Source: Micavibrio sp. UBA2400
GTDB taxonomy: Bacteria; Pseudomonadota; Alphaproteobacteria; UBA2400
NCBI GenBank assembly: GCA_002343265.1
Contig: DDSC01000004.1
Coordinates: forward strand, 1,898 to 65,897
DNA: 64,000 nucleotides
Direction of reading: 5' to 3'
Part shown: in pieces, positions 1-8,296 of the stretch
Numbering within the stretch: position 1 is the first letter of the stretch
How the letters are laid out: the number at the start of each line of letters is the position of its first letter
Notes under the pieces: model-generated
The model's input: only the letters and a program-made list of their open reading frames with translations
What the model was told of the DNA's origin: nothing
Database searches by the model: none
Position numbers and translations under genes: made by a program

Positions 1-635
1 TGACCATGGGCTGGTCGGATATCGGCACCTGGCATTCGCTGTGGCAAACACTCCCGCAGGATGAGCGGGGGAATGTGCTGGTGGGCGATGTTGAGGCGCT
101 GGACTGCTCGGGCTGCCTGATCCGCAGTGACCATAAACTCACCGCCGTCGTCGGTGCCAAGGATCTGGTCGTGGTAGTGACCAAGGATGCCGTCATGGTA
201 GCGCCACGCGAGCGGACCAGCGAGCTGGGCAAGCTGGTCGATACCCTCAAGAGCAAAGGCCGCAGCGAGACCAAGCTGCATGATGTTGTCCATCGCCCGT
301 GGGGTAACTATGCCACCCTCACGCTGGGCGAGCGGTTTCAGGTCAAGCGCATTACCGTGAAGCCGGGGGGGCGCCTCTCGCTGCAAAAACACATGCACCG
401 TGCCGAACATTGGACCGTGGTCGAAGGCACGGCGCAGGTGACAGTAGGCAGTACCGTCACGTTGTTAGGCGAGAACGAGTCGATCTACGTGCCGCTGGGT
501 GAGGTGCATCGCCTTGAAAACCTTGGCAAGATTCCACTGATCTTGATCGAAGTGCAATCTGGTGGTTATCTGGGCGAAGATGACATTATCCGGTTGGAGG
601 ATGTCTATGCCCGGGCAACCGGCACCACCAGCTGA
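1..635 (+). CDS. manC: Mannose-1-phosphate guanylyltransferase / mannose-6-phosphate isomerase, C-terminal cupin part. The gene begins upstream of the window.
   Basis: The ORF runs from the window edge. The cupin region HRPWG..YxxL..G..F.VKRI.V.PG..LSLQ.H.HR.EHW.VV.GTA is typical of ManC/AlgA/XanB C-termini. Stop TGA at 633-635. Confidence 0.8.
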   Translation, partial: TMGWSDIGTWHSLWQTLPQDERGNVLVGDVEALDCSGCLIRSDHKLTAVVGAKDLVVVVTKDAVMVAPRERTSELGKLVDTLKSKGRSETKLHDVVHRPWGNYATLTLGERFQVKRITVKPGGRLSLQKHMHRAEHWTVVEGTAQVTVGSTVTLLGENESIYVPLGEVHRLENLGKIPLILIEVQSGGYLGEDDIIRLEDVYARATGTTS

Positions 636-660
636 CCGCGCGGCCGTTAGGAGGACACCT

Positions 661-1104
661 ATGTTCGCACCCTTTACCACCCGCTCGCGTCTACTGCTGG
701 GCGACCTGCTGTTGCGTCAGCGTCAGCTCTCGCCCTATCAGCTGGGAGTCGCATTGGATGTGCAGCGACGGACGCGCCTGCCGATCGGTGAAATTCTGGT
801 ACAAGCTGCTGTCGTCTCACGCCCGCGCCTGTGGCTGGCGCTATTTACCCAGAAGCTGCTCCGCCGCGTCACACGCCCGCTCCGCCCTTTGCCCGCCAGT
901 TATTACGGTCAGGACCTGCCGCACTTAGCCAAAGCCCGACTGGAACAGCATATGGCCACCTTCCCCAAGGTTCCGGTCGTCTCTTTCGAGGTGGCGGAAG
1001 CGATGAAGCTGCGCCGTGAACGCGCCCAGCTTGACCGGGCGACAGCGCGGATCGTGGAAGACAACGATATCCTCAAAGAGCGCCTGCTGAGTGGTAACTT
1101 CTAG
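661..1104 (+). CDS. Small protein with a T2SS-E N-terminal (MshEN-like) domain; possible c-di-GMP-binding module.
   Basis: ATG at 661 follows a strong SD (aggagg). The sequence LLLGDLLLRQRQLSPYQLGVALDVQ plus a second copy RLPIGEILVQAAVV matches the bipartite MshEN/GSPII_E_N motif. No ATPase domain follows. Confidence 0.5.
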   Translation: MFAPFTTRSRLLLGDLLLRQRQLSPYQLGVALDVQRRTRLPIGEILVQAAVVSRPRLWLALFTQKLLRRVTRPLRPLPASYYGQDLPHLAKARLEQHMATFPKVPVVSFEVAEAMKLRRERAQLDRATARIVEDNDILKERLLSGNF

Positions 1105-1110
1105 GGTCCC

Positions 1111-1794
1111 TCAACGCGGCGCGTGCGCCGAGCGATCAATCATCTTCTCGAGATCATTACGCGAGCTGTCACGATAACCGGGGTCCGTAGCTTGACCTTC
1201 GATCACTGGCTTTTTCTCTGGCTGCGGCTGCATGAGATCGCGGATCGGCGCAGCCTTGGTAAGATCGTCCAGCGAGAGTCCCTGATCCGGGGCGAAAGAC
1301 GCAATCACGCGTGCCCCAGCGGCGAGGGCCGGCCCGGTGCGGGCCGTGGCCAGATAGGCCTGTACACTACCCGCCTTGATCTCCTCGCCGGCCTTGGGGG
1401 GAGGAAAAATGAACGTAATACAGATATGCAGAAGACATAGGAGCAGACTGCCGCGCAGCAGACCGAACAGAAACCCCAGCGAGCGGTCAATCGCGCTCAA
1501 ATGTGTCTTGCGCAGCTTGAGGGAAATCACGAAGGTCAGCACCGAGGTAACCGCAATGGTGCCCATGAATAGCGCACCACCCGCAGCCGCCTTGGCCACC
1601 AGCCCTTGGCCCAGATAATCCTGTGCCACCGGCAAGGCATAGGGCATACCATAAAGTACCGCCGCGGCCGCGGCCACCAAACCGGCGAGCGTAAGCACTT
1701 CCGCCACAAAGCCGCGCAAGGCGGCCAGCACTGCGCTGGCCAGCAGCACAACCAGCACGACGACATCAACCGGATTGGCCCCCAGAATATCCAT
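1111..1794 (-). CDS. cvpA: CvpA family membrane protein (colicin V production protein)
   Basis: N-terminal 4-TM CvpA-like region with an acidic/proline-rich C-terminal tail. SD ggagcg before ATG. Lies beside radA, as is common. Confidence 0.8.
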   Translation of the reverse strand: MDILGANPVDVVVLVVLLASAVLAALRGFVAEVLTLAGLVAAAAAVLYGMPYALPVAQDYLGQGLVAKAAAGGALFMGTIAVTSVLTFVISLKLRKTHLSAIDRSLGFLFGLLRGSLLLCLLHICITFIFPPPKAGEEIKAGSVQAYLATARTGPALAAGARVIASFAPDQGLSLDDLTKAAPIRDLMQPQPEKKPVIEGQATDPGYRDSSRNDLEKMIDRSAHAPR

Positions 1795-1841
1795 TATCGC
1801 TCCTTACACCTGAAGAGTGTCGGGAATGGTAACATGTAAGC

Positions 1842-1873
1842 AAAAAAATACCAGCTCACACACAGTGAGCTGG
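1842..1873 (-). terminator. Rho-independent terminator on the minus strand.
   Basis: 9-bp stem CCAGCTCAC/GTGAGCTGG (1851-1859 and 1865-1873) with a 5-nt loop. Followed on the minus strand by a 7-T tract (plus-strand A7 at 1842-1848). Sits 18 nt after the stop of the 1891..2232 ORF. Confidence 0.6.
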
Positions 1874-1890
1874 TATTGGGATTGGATGCG

Positions 1891-2232
1891 TTAGCGCGAC
1901 AGAATACCCGTTGCGGTGCGCGGCGAATGATAACGGCGGCCATTGCCCCAGTCATCCGAAGGCTTGTAGGTCTTCGGCCCGGTAAACCGCGGGGACATGC
2001 CGGTGTTGGCGATCGCGACAGAGAGGCGGGCAAAGGCACTTGCAACCAGTTGCTGCTGGGCGATGGCCACAAACTCGGTCTTGGTGCCACGCGGCAGCTT
2101 GAGCGGCTTCAGCACCTTGGCCATCTGCTGCGGGGTTAGGGGTTGGATGAGACACAGTCGCTTGTACAGGCCGACTGAATCAGCGGAAGTCGCGGCGGCT
2201 AGGCCAGCCGCAGGTGAGGTTGAGCGAATCAT
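1891..2232 (-). CDS. Hypothetical small protein (113 aa) between radA and cvpA
   Basis: Longest ORF in the radA–cvpA gap, co-oriented with both. An intrinsic terminator follows immediately. No family recognised and no obvious SD. Confidence 0.4.
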   Translation of the reverse strand: MIRSTSPAAGLAAATSADSVGLYKRLCLIQPLTPQQMAKVLKPLKLPRGTKTEFVAIAQQQLVASAFARLSVAIANTGMSPRFTGPKTYKPSDDWGNGRRYHSPRTATGILSR

Positions 2233-2301
2233 GGGCGCTGTTCTAGCGAATCCGGTCCGATCATTTCAAGAGAAATCAGCGTGAATTTTAGACAGTCAGA
2301 A

Positions 2302-3696
2302 CTAGGCCCGTTTGCGAGGGCGGTCTTCATCAACAAACAGTGGCAGCAGGTTGGCGAGCTGGTCAATCTCGACCTGCTTCAACGCGGCGCTGCTCTTGGC
2401 TTTGCCGCGCGACGGTGGCGTAAAGGCGCGGGTAAACCCAAGCTTGGCGGCTTCCTTCAAGCGAGGTTCGCTCTGGCTGACCGAGCGCACTTCGCCCGCC
2501 AGACCAACCTCGCCAAAAAACACCGCTTCCTGTGGCGCGGGTTGGCCTGAGAGTGCTGAGATAAGCGCTGCCGCTACAGCTAAATCCGCTGCTGGCTCAG
2601 TAATACGCAGGCCACCCGCGACGTTAAGGTAAATATCGTTATTGCCAAAGGCCACACCACAGCGTGCCTCCAGTACCGCCAGAATCATCGACAAGCGGGC
2701 GCTGTCCCAGCCCACCACGGCACGGCGCGGCGTACCAAGGGCCGAGGGCGCAACCAGTGCCTGAATCTCGACCAGCACCGGGCGGGTGCCCTCAATCCCG
2801 GCATAGACCACTGCGCCCGATACATCGCCTTTGCGTTCGGCCAAGAACAGCGCTGACGGATTAGTGACTTCTTCCAGCCCCAACTCGGTCATCTCGAACA
2901 CACCGATTTCGTCCGTCGCGCCAAAGCGGTTCTTCACCGCACGCAGGATGCGGAAATGATGGCCGCGCTCGCCCTCAAAATACAGCACCGCGTCGACCAT
3001 ATGCTCAAGCACGCGCGGGCCGGCAATGGTGCCCTCCTTGGTGACATGACCCACCAGCACCACGGCAATGCCACGCGTTTTGGCAAAGCGGATGAACTCA
3101 TGCGCACAGGCCCGCACCTGCGCTACCGTGCCGGGCGCACTATCGAGCGTATCGACATACATGGTCTGGATGGAATCGATTACCACCAGATCAACCGGAT
3201 TCTGTTGCAAGCTGCCGATGATATCCCGCACCGAGGTAGCGGAGGCGAGCTGCACGGGCGCCGTCGACAGGCCAAGTCGCGCGGCACGAAGGCGCACCTG
3301 ATCGATTGCTTCTTCACCGCTGATATACGCCACCTTGTTCGAGGGAGCCAACTTGCAGCACACCTGCAGTAGCAACGTGGACTTGCCGATACCGGGATCA
3401 CCACCCACCAGCAGCACCGAGCCGGGCACCAGCCCGCCGCCGGTGACGCGGTCAAACTCGCCAATGCCGCTCACGCGCCGGGGTAAAGGTTTCTCCTGCC
3501 CGGTCAGGCCGGTAAAATCAATCTTGCCCGCTTTGGTGTTGGCCTTGGCAAGGCCATAGCCCTTAGGCCCATCGCTGGTGGCAATCGCCTCCTCCACCAG
3601 CGTATTCCAACCGCCGCAGCCCTCGCACTTGCCCGCCCATTTGGGGTACGCTGCGCCGCAGGATTGACAGACATAATGAGAGGTAGCTTTGGCCAT
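2302..3696 (-). CDS. radA: DNA repair protein RadA/Sms
   Basis: N-terminal C4 zinc finger (CxxC...CxxC), RecA-like Walker A GDPGIGKST, KNRFG motif and a Lon-like C-terminal domain. Confidence 0.95.
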   Translation of the reverse strand: MAKATSHYVCQSCGAAYPKWAGKCEGCGGWNTLVEEAIATSDGPKGYGLAKANTKAGKIDFTGLTGQEKPLPRRVSGIGEFDRVTGGGLVPGSVLLVGGDPGIGKSTLLLQVCCKLAPSNKVAYISGEEAIDQVRLRAARLGLSTAPVQLASATSVRDIIGSLQQNPVDLVVIDSIQTMYVDTLDSAPGTVAQVRACAHEFIRFAKTRGIAVVLVGHVTKEGTIAGPRVLEHMVDAVLYFEGERGHHFRILRAVKNRFGATDEIGVFEMTELGLEEVTNPSALFLAERKGDVSGAVVYAGIEGTRPVLVEIQALVAPSALGTPRRAVVGWDSARLSMILAVLEARCGVAFGNNDIYLNVAGGLRITEPAADLAVAAALISALSGQPAPQEAVFFGEVGLAGEVRSVSQSEPRLKEAAKLGFTRAFTPPSRGKAKSSAALKQVEIDQLANLLPLFVDEDRPRKRA

Positions 3697-3738
3697 AGTG
3701 CTTCAAGATTAATGTATGTTCTTGTTTTGTTCAATATC

Positions 3739-4593
3739 CTAGTTTACCGCCTTCCACACCGCCTCGGCTTTTTTGCCAAGCGGATGCTGCGCGCGCACCA
3801 GCACGAGGGTGGCCGGTACCGGTTTGATAGCGGGAAGCGCGGGTATCAACACGCCAGTTTTGAGTTCGGCGCTCACCAGTGCCTCGGGCAACAGCGCCGT
3901 GCCAAAACCCGCCAGCACCATGCCGCGGGCAAACTCGGTGGCCGGGCTTTCGAACACCACCGTCATTTTATCGCGCGCCGCCTGCCCCAGCATCGCCTCG
4001 GTGAGGGCATTCATGTAGCTGCCGGGGCGATACATCATCAGGGCATTGATTGGCGCACTGGGCGCTTTGACAAACAACAGCCGCTCTCGCCCGATGATGG
4101 TTTGCTGCAAGCCCGCATAATCATCATTGCGCTTCACCTTCTCCACCATCAGCTGCAAGACAAAATCGCACAGGCCTGCCCGCAGCTCGTTCAAACTGCG
4201 CACCGTGCCCTGCGCGTGCGAGAGACGCATGGTCAGGCCCTTCACGCGCTTTTGCATGTCCTTATACCAGGGCGGGAAATAGGTGTTGGCCATTGAACGA
4301 CCGGTCTGGATATGCACGGCATCGGGCATATTGGTGGAGAGCGCGCGCATATCCACCGCCGCCTGCTCGACCAGCTTGGCGATGCCCTGCGCGTGACGCA
4401 AAAACTGCTCGCCTGCGGGGGTAAGAGCCAATGGCGTACGCGAGCGATCGACCAGTTCCAGCTTCATGCCCAACTCCAGCGCTTTCACCCGGCGCGAGAA
4501 AGCGGGCTGGGTCACGTGCCGCTGCTCTGCCGCCTTGCTGAAGGAGCGGGTTTGCGCCAGTGCGATGAAGTCAAGGGCGTCCTGAAGTTCCAT
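3739..4593 (-). CDS. LysR-family transcriptional regulator
   Basis: N-terminal wHTH (LQDALDFIALAQTRSFSKAAEQRHVTQPAFSRRVKALE) plus a LysR substrate-binding domain. Likely start MELQ at 4593. Confidence 0.85.
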   Translation of the reverse strand: MELQDALDFIALAQTRSFSKAAEQRHVTQPAFSRRVKALELGMKLELVDRSRTPLALTPAGEQFLRHAQGIAKLVEQAAVDMRALSTNMPDAVHIQTGRSMANTYFPPWYKDMQKRVKGLTMRLSHAQGTVRSLNELRAGLCDFVLQLMVEKVKRNDDYAGLQQTIIGRERLLFVKAPSAPINALMMYRPGSYMNALTEAMLGQAARDKMTVVFESPATEFARGMVLAGFGTALLPEALVSAELKTGVLIPALPAIKPVPATLVLVRAQHPLGKKAEAVWKAVN

Positions 4594-4601
4594 GCGGCTA
4601 C

Positions 4602-5267
4602 TCAAGCACACATTGCCCTTGCTTTCCAGCTCGCCTGTTTCCAGTCACTGGCGATGCGCAGTTCACCCAACCGCTCGCTGACCAACCGCAGACGCCCGAC
4701 ATTGGGCACGGGCTGCTGGTCCTGACAAGCACGCACCGCCTGCATCAGCGCCCTGCCCTTCAGATCGGGACGGGTGAGCAGCACCCACATGACCTGCATG
4801 GTAAAGCCATGATTAACCGCCACATGATAGCCGGACGGCAGGTCGGCAAACGCGGCCAGTGTGGTGCGGATGCGCTGCACCATCTGGTTAAAGCTCTCCG
4901 CTCCGGTGCCGTGCACCGCATCGGGATCCATCTGCTCCCAATAGGCTTTCACGGCCGGGCGGCGGTCCGCGCGGGTGAGGCCGTCATATTTGGTGACGTC
5001 CAGATAAGTAAACTCATGTGCGCCGCACACGCGATACTCAGCTGCCGGGAAACGCTCGAGCGTAGGGGCCGCCGTGGCTCCGGTGCGGTGATAAGCCGTA
5101 ACGGTAATGCTCTGCGGCGGGGTATTTGCATTAAAGCTGGCGGCTAGCTCGCGCGCCTGCTGCTCACCAAGCGGGGTGAGGCACACGGTAACCGGATGCG
5201 CGGTGGGCAGGCCAGCATTGCTCTCGCTCTGTGCGTGGCGGAAGATGTCGATGGTGATGAGGCTCAT
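4602..5267 (-). CDS. Histidine phosphatase family protein (phosphoglycerate-mutase-like)
   Basis: RHAQSESN catalytic motif (the RHG-type histidine phosphatase signature). Start chosen at MSLITID (5267), which follows SD aaggagag. Confidence 0.7.
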   Translation of the reverse strand: MSLITIDIFRHAQSESNAGLPTAHPVTVCLTPLGEQQARELAASFNANTPPQSITVTAYHRTGATAAPTLERFPAAEYRVCGAHEFTYLDVTKYDGLTRADRRPAVKAYWEQMDPDAVHGTGAESFNQMVQRIRTTLAAFADLPSGYHVAVNHGFTMQVMWVLLTRPDLKGRALMQAVRACQDQQPVPNVGRLRLVSERLGELRIASDWKQASWKARAMCA

Positions 5268-5367
5268 GGCGCTCTCCTTGGTTGCCGAGAGCAGCATGAA
5301 CAATGGATCTAAGAAGCGCCAATGCCGTGTGGGCTGGGGTTATGCAGCGAGGACATGGCCATAAGGG

Positions 5368-5637
5368 CTAACGGGAGTAGACTTCTCGGCGATGACCAAC
5401 CTTGAGTAACTTTATTGACTTATCCCGATAGTCAATCTTGGCAATTATCCGATAATCCCCAACTCTAAAGCGATGCAATCCTGACAAACTATGCGTAAGA
5501 GACTCAGCCTTCTGTTCAGGATGTGGTGAGGGTAATATATCTTGCTCAAACTTCTTAAAGATGCGCGATTGTATCGATGAGCTAAGCTCGCCGAGTTCTT
5601 TTAGAGCCTTTGGCTCGATGTGAAGTTTCCAAACCAA
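5368..5637 (-). CDS. Type II toxin, RelE/ParE family
   Basis: ...ALKELGEL..IQSRIFKKFE...GDYRIIAKIDYRDKSIKLLKVGHRREVY is the RelE/ParE fold signature. The only possible start is TTG at 5637. Lies in a low-GC region. Confidence 0.75.
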   Translation of the reverse strand: MVWKLHIEPKALKELGELSSSIQSRIFKKFEQDILPSPHPEQKAESLTHSLSGLHRFRVGDYRIIAKIDYRDKSIKLLKVGHRREVYSR

Positions 5638-5833
5638 GTTGAGCCTTTGCGTCTTCGAGACTTACCCATTTTGTCGCCTTTGCCAACCGCTGCTCAGCAA
5701 CAAAAATATCTTCCATATCTTCAAGATGCCGCAATATCGCCTCGCGCGCATAGAATGACTTAGTCCGACCCGTTAACTTAGCTAAGCCGTCTAAGCGGCG
5801 ATCAATGTCTGGTGGCAATCTCAGGGCGAGCAT
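5582..5833 (-). CDS. Ribbon-helix-helix (CopG/ParD-like) antitoxin
   Basis: LRLPPDIDRRLDGLAKLTGRTKSFYAREAILRHLEDMED is an RHH motif. Upstream of, and overlapping, the toxin ORF by 56 nt. Confidence 0.75.
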   Translation of the reverse strand: MLALRLPPDIDRRLDGLAKLTGRTKSFYAREAILRHLEDMEDIFVAEQRLAKATKWVSLEDAKAQLGLETSHRAKGSKRTRRA

Positions 5834-5853
5834 ATCACAATCCTTTGTTTGTT

Positions 5854-5869
5854 GCTATACATGTATAGC
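5854..5869. promoter_or_regulatory. Perfect 16-bp palindrome GCTATACATGTATAGC; candidate operator of the toxin–antitoxin (TA) operon
   Basis: Exact inverted repeat about 20 bp upstream of the antitoxin start, within an AT-rich promoter region. Confidence 0.5.
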
Positions 5870-5985
5870 ATAGCAAAATTGCTACCGCAACAGCTACCGC
5901 GAGGCTTCGCTTTTATTATTAATTTTCAATTAGTTAATTGTACTGATTAAACGCCTCCACCTTCGCGGGGATGACTAAAATAGGA

Positions 5986-6411
5986 TCATCGCGCCATCAA
6001 AAAGAAACCGACAGCAGCACAGGCGAAGCCCAGTAGCTTGGTCGCAGTCATGGTCTCGGTAAAATAAAACACCCCGATGAGAGTGATCAGTGTCAGGCCA
6101 ACTGTCGTAAATAGTGGCGTATAGATACTGATGGGTGCACCAAGAGCGAGGCCTTTGACAAAAAAGAAATCCACGAGACCAATGGTGACGCCCGCCATGA
6201 TGAGCGCCAGAACCAGACGCGGCTGAGCGGCAATAGCGGTAAAATCTATCCGCTGGCGTGAGGCGAACAAGATAATGCCAGTTGTCAGCAAGGCGCACAG
6301 ATAAAACAGGAAGACGATCTGCGCGGCGGGCAATCGGTCGCCCATGTACTTAAGCGCCCCGACATGCAGCGCCCACGCTGTGGCTGAAAGCGTCAGATAT
6401 AAATACCACAT
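5986..6411 (-). CDS. Small membrane protein, DMT/EamA-like (4 TM)
   Basis: Four hydrophobic helices of about 140 aa total, resembling half-size EamA/SMR-like transporters. Confidence 0.5.
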   Translation of the reverse strand: MWYLYLTLSATAWALHVGALKYMGDRLPAAQIVFLFYLCALLTTGIILFASRQRIDFTAIAAQPRLVLALIMAGVTIGLVDFFFVKGLALGAPISIYTPLFTTVGLTLITLIGVFYFTETMTATKLLGFACAAVGFFLMAR

Positions 6412-6554
6412 AGCTTACTCACCGCGATTTAAGAGTAGACCACAGGTTTAGCGCACGGCTCGCCTTCCACCCGACACTGATACGTTATCATGATTCATAA
6501 AAGCAGACAGCCGGGGATATACCCCCCGGCTGCCCAGAGACACGGATATAATAA

Positions 6555-8029
6555 TCAGGCTAAAGCGTGCTTGATCTGCCCATGCAGGCCGGTACTGTCC
6601 GCAGCGACACTTTCCGCCGAAGATTTGATGGCTTGCAGATTATTCTCGATATCCCGCACGGCGGTGGCGGTCAGCTGCATGTTGGAGGAAATTTCATTGG
6701 TCACCGCCGTCTGTTCCTCCACGGCCCCGGCCACTCCGGTCACGCTCTGCTCGACGCCTGTGACGGCCCCGCGGATCGAGTTCAGGGCGCGCACAACGTC
6801 CGTCGAGATAGTCTGCATGGATTCAATCTCTTTGCCGATTTTTTCAGTGGCCTGCGCGACCTGACTGGCCAGATTTTTTACTTCGCTGGCCACCACCGCA
6901 ATCCCTTACCCGCCTCACCCGCACGGGCTGATTCGATGGTCGCATTGAGCGCGAGCAGATTGATGTTGCTGGCGATATCCTGAATAAACTCAATAATACT
7001 GGTCATCGAGCGGGCGCCCTCGGCCAGTTTACCTGTATTCTTGTCAGCCAGTTCAACCTCGCGCACGACATCGCCCACCGCCGATTTGGTACGGGCAACA
7101 CTGCTGGAGATTTCCTGGATCGAGCTGCTCAACTCTTCAGCGGCGCTGGCCACGGTCTGCACGCTGGCTGCCGTTTGCGTGGCAGCCGTTGCCGCCATAG
7201 CGGTCTGCTGCGTGACGCCGCCCAATGCTCCGACCATAGACGAAAACTTCTGGTCGACGACAGCACCGATCTGCCGCTTCTGTACCTGCTCGGTTATATC
7301 GGTGGCGTACTTCACGACCTTGGTCAGGCGACCACTAGGATCATAGATCGGGTTGTAGGAGGCCTGAATCCAGATTTCCTTGCCGCCTTTGCCAAGACGG
7401 CGAAACACTCCAGCCTGATATTTGCCCGCGCGCAGCTCATCCCAGAGCTGGCGATACTCGGGGGTTTTGACATAGTCAGGGTCACAGAACATACGATGGT
7501 GCTGACCCACGACTTCTGACGCGCTATAGCCCAGCGTTGCCAGAAAATTTTCGTTCGCCTTGATGACGGTGCCATCGGGTTTGAATTCGATGACGGCCTG
7601 CGACTTGCTGATCGCCGCGAGCTGACCTTCATAATCCGCATTGCGCAGTTTGGCCTCAGTAATATCGGTGGCAAATTTGACCACCTTGTAGACACGCCCA
7701 CGCTTGTCGAACAGAGGGTTGTAGGATGCCTGAATCCAGATTTCCCTGCCGCCCTTGCCAAACCGCTTGTACTCGGCGGCCTGAAAGCGACCCGACTTCA
7801 GATTATCCCAAAGCTGCTGATACGCAGGGCCCCGCGCCTCCTCGGGATCAACAAACATGCGGTGATGCTGCCCCTTGATCTCGGCCAAGCTATAACCGAC
7901 GGCCTTACAAAAATTTTCATTGGCATCAAGTATCACACCATCGGGCGTGAATTCGATAACGGCCTGTGATTTGGATAGAGCCTCAACCTTGGCTTTATCA
8001 TCTTTTTGACGCGCGAAGAGCGAGAACAT
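6555..8029 (-). pseudogene. Methyl-accepting chemotaxis protein with tandem PAS domains and no TM region (soluble chemoreceptor). Interrupted by a -1 frameshift at about 6900.
   Basis: ORF 6878-8029 encodes two PAS repeats (..QAVIEF.PDG.I..ANENF....GYS..E..GQHHRMF.DP) and the start of the MCP signalling domain, ending ...ARAGEAGKG. ORF 6555-6896 continues ..AVVASEVKNLA.. in another frame. The junction reads gggatt-gcg where MCP consensus G-F-A requires gggatttgcg. Confidence 0.7.
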
Positions 8030-8085
8030 TTATGACCCCCTTTTTTTGTTTTCTGCGACAGGACCTGATGCTTTTACGAATACGA

Positions 8086-8102
8086 GGATATGCTAATAAG
8101 TT
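8086..8102. promoter_or_regulatory. Direct repeat TTAAC-N7-TTAAC in the AT-rich region upstream of the chemoreceptor gene
   Basis: TTAACaggttagTTAAC lies ~60-75 bp upstream of the chemoreceptor start. It resembles a CtrA-type half-site pair, but the spacing is off by one. Confidence 0.25.
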
Positions 8103-8296
8103 AACAGGTTAGTTAACAGCTGTCTTGATTGGTATCAGTTTTGTCCGAATTATTATTGTGTATATCATTCAAATGTTTGTTATATAAACAATAACTATAG
8201 TGACGGTGCTAAAAAGTAAAAATTGATTTGGCCTGAGCGGCCAAAATTAATACATGGCGCACCGCCTCATGCAGACCCGCCGATGCTGCTACGGAG

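Noticed and set aside
8086-8102. Calling the TTAAC repeat a CtrA box
   Set aside because: The spacing between the TTAA cores is 8, not the canonical 7, so I report it only as a direct repeat.
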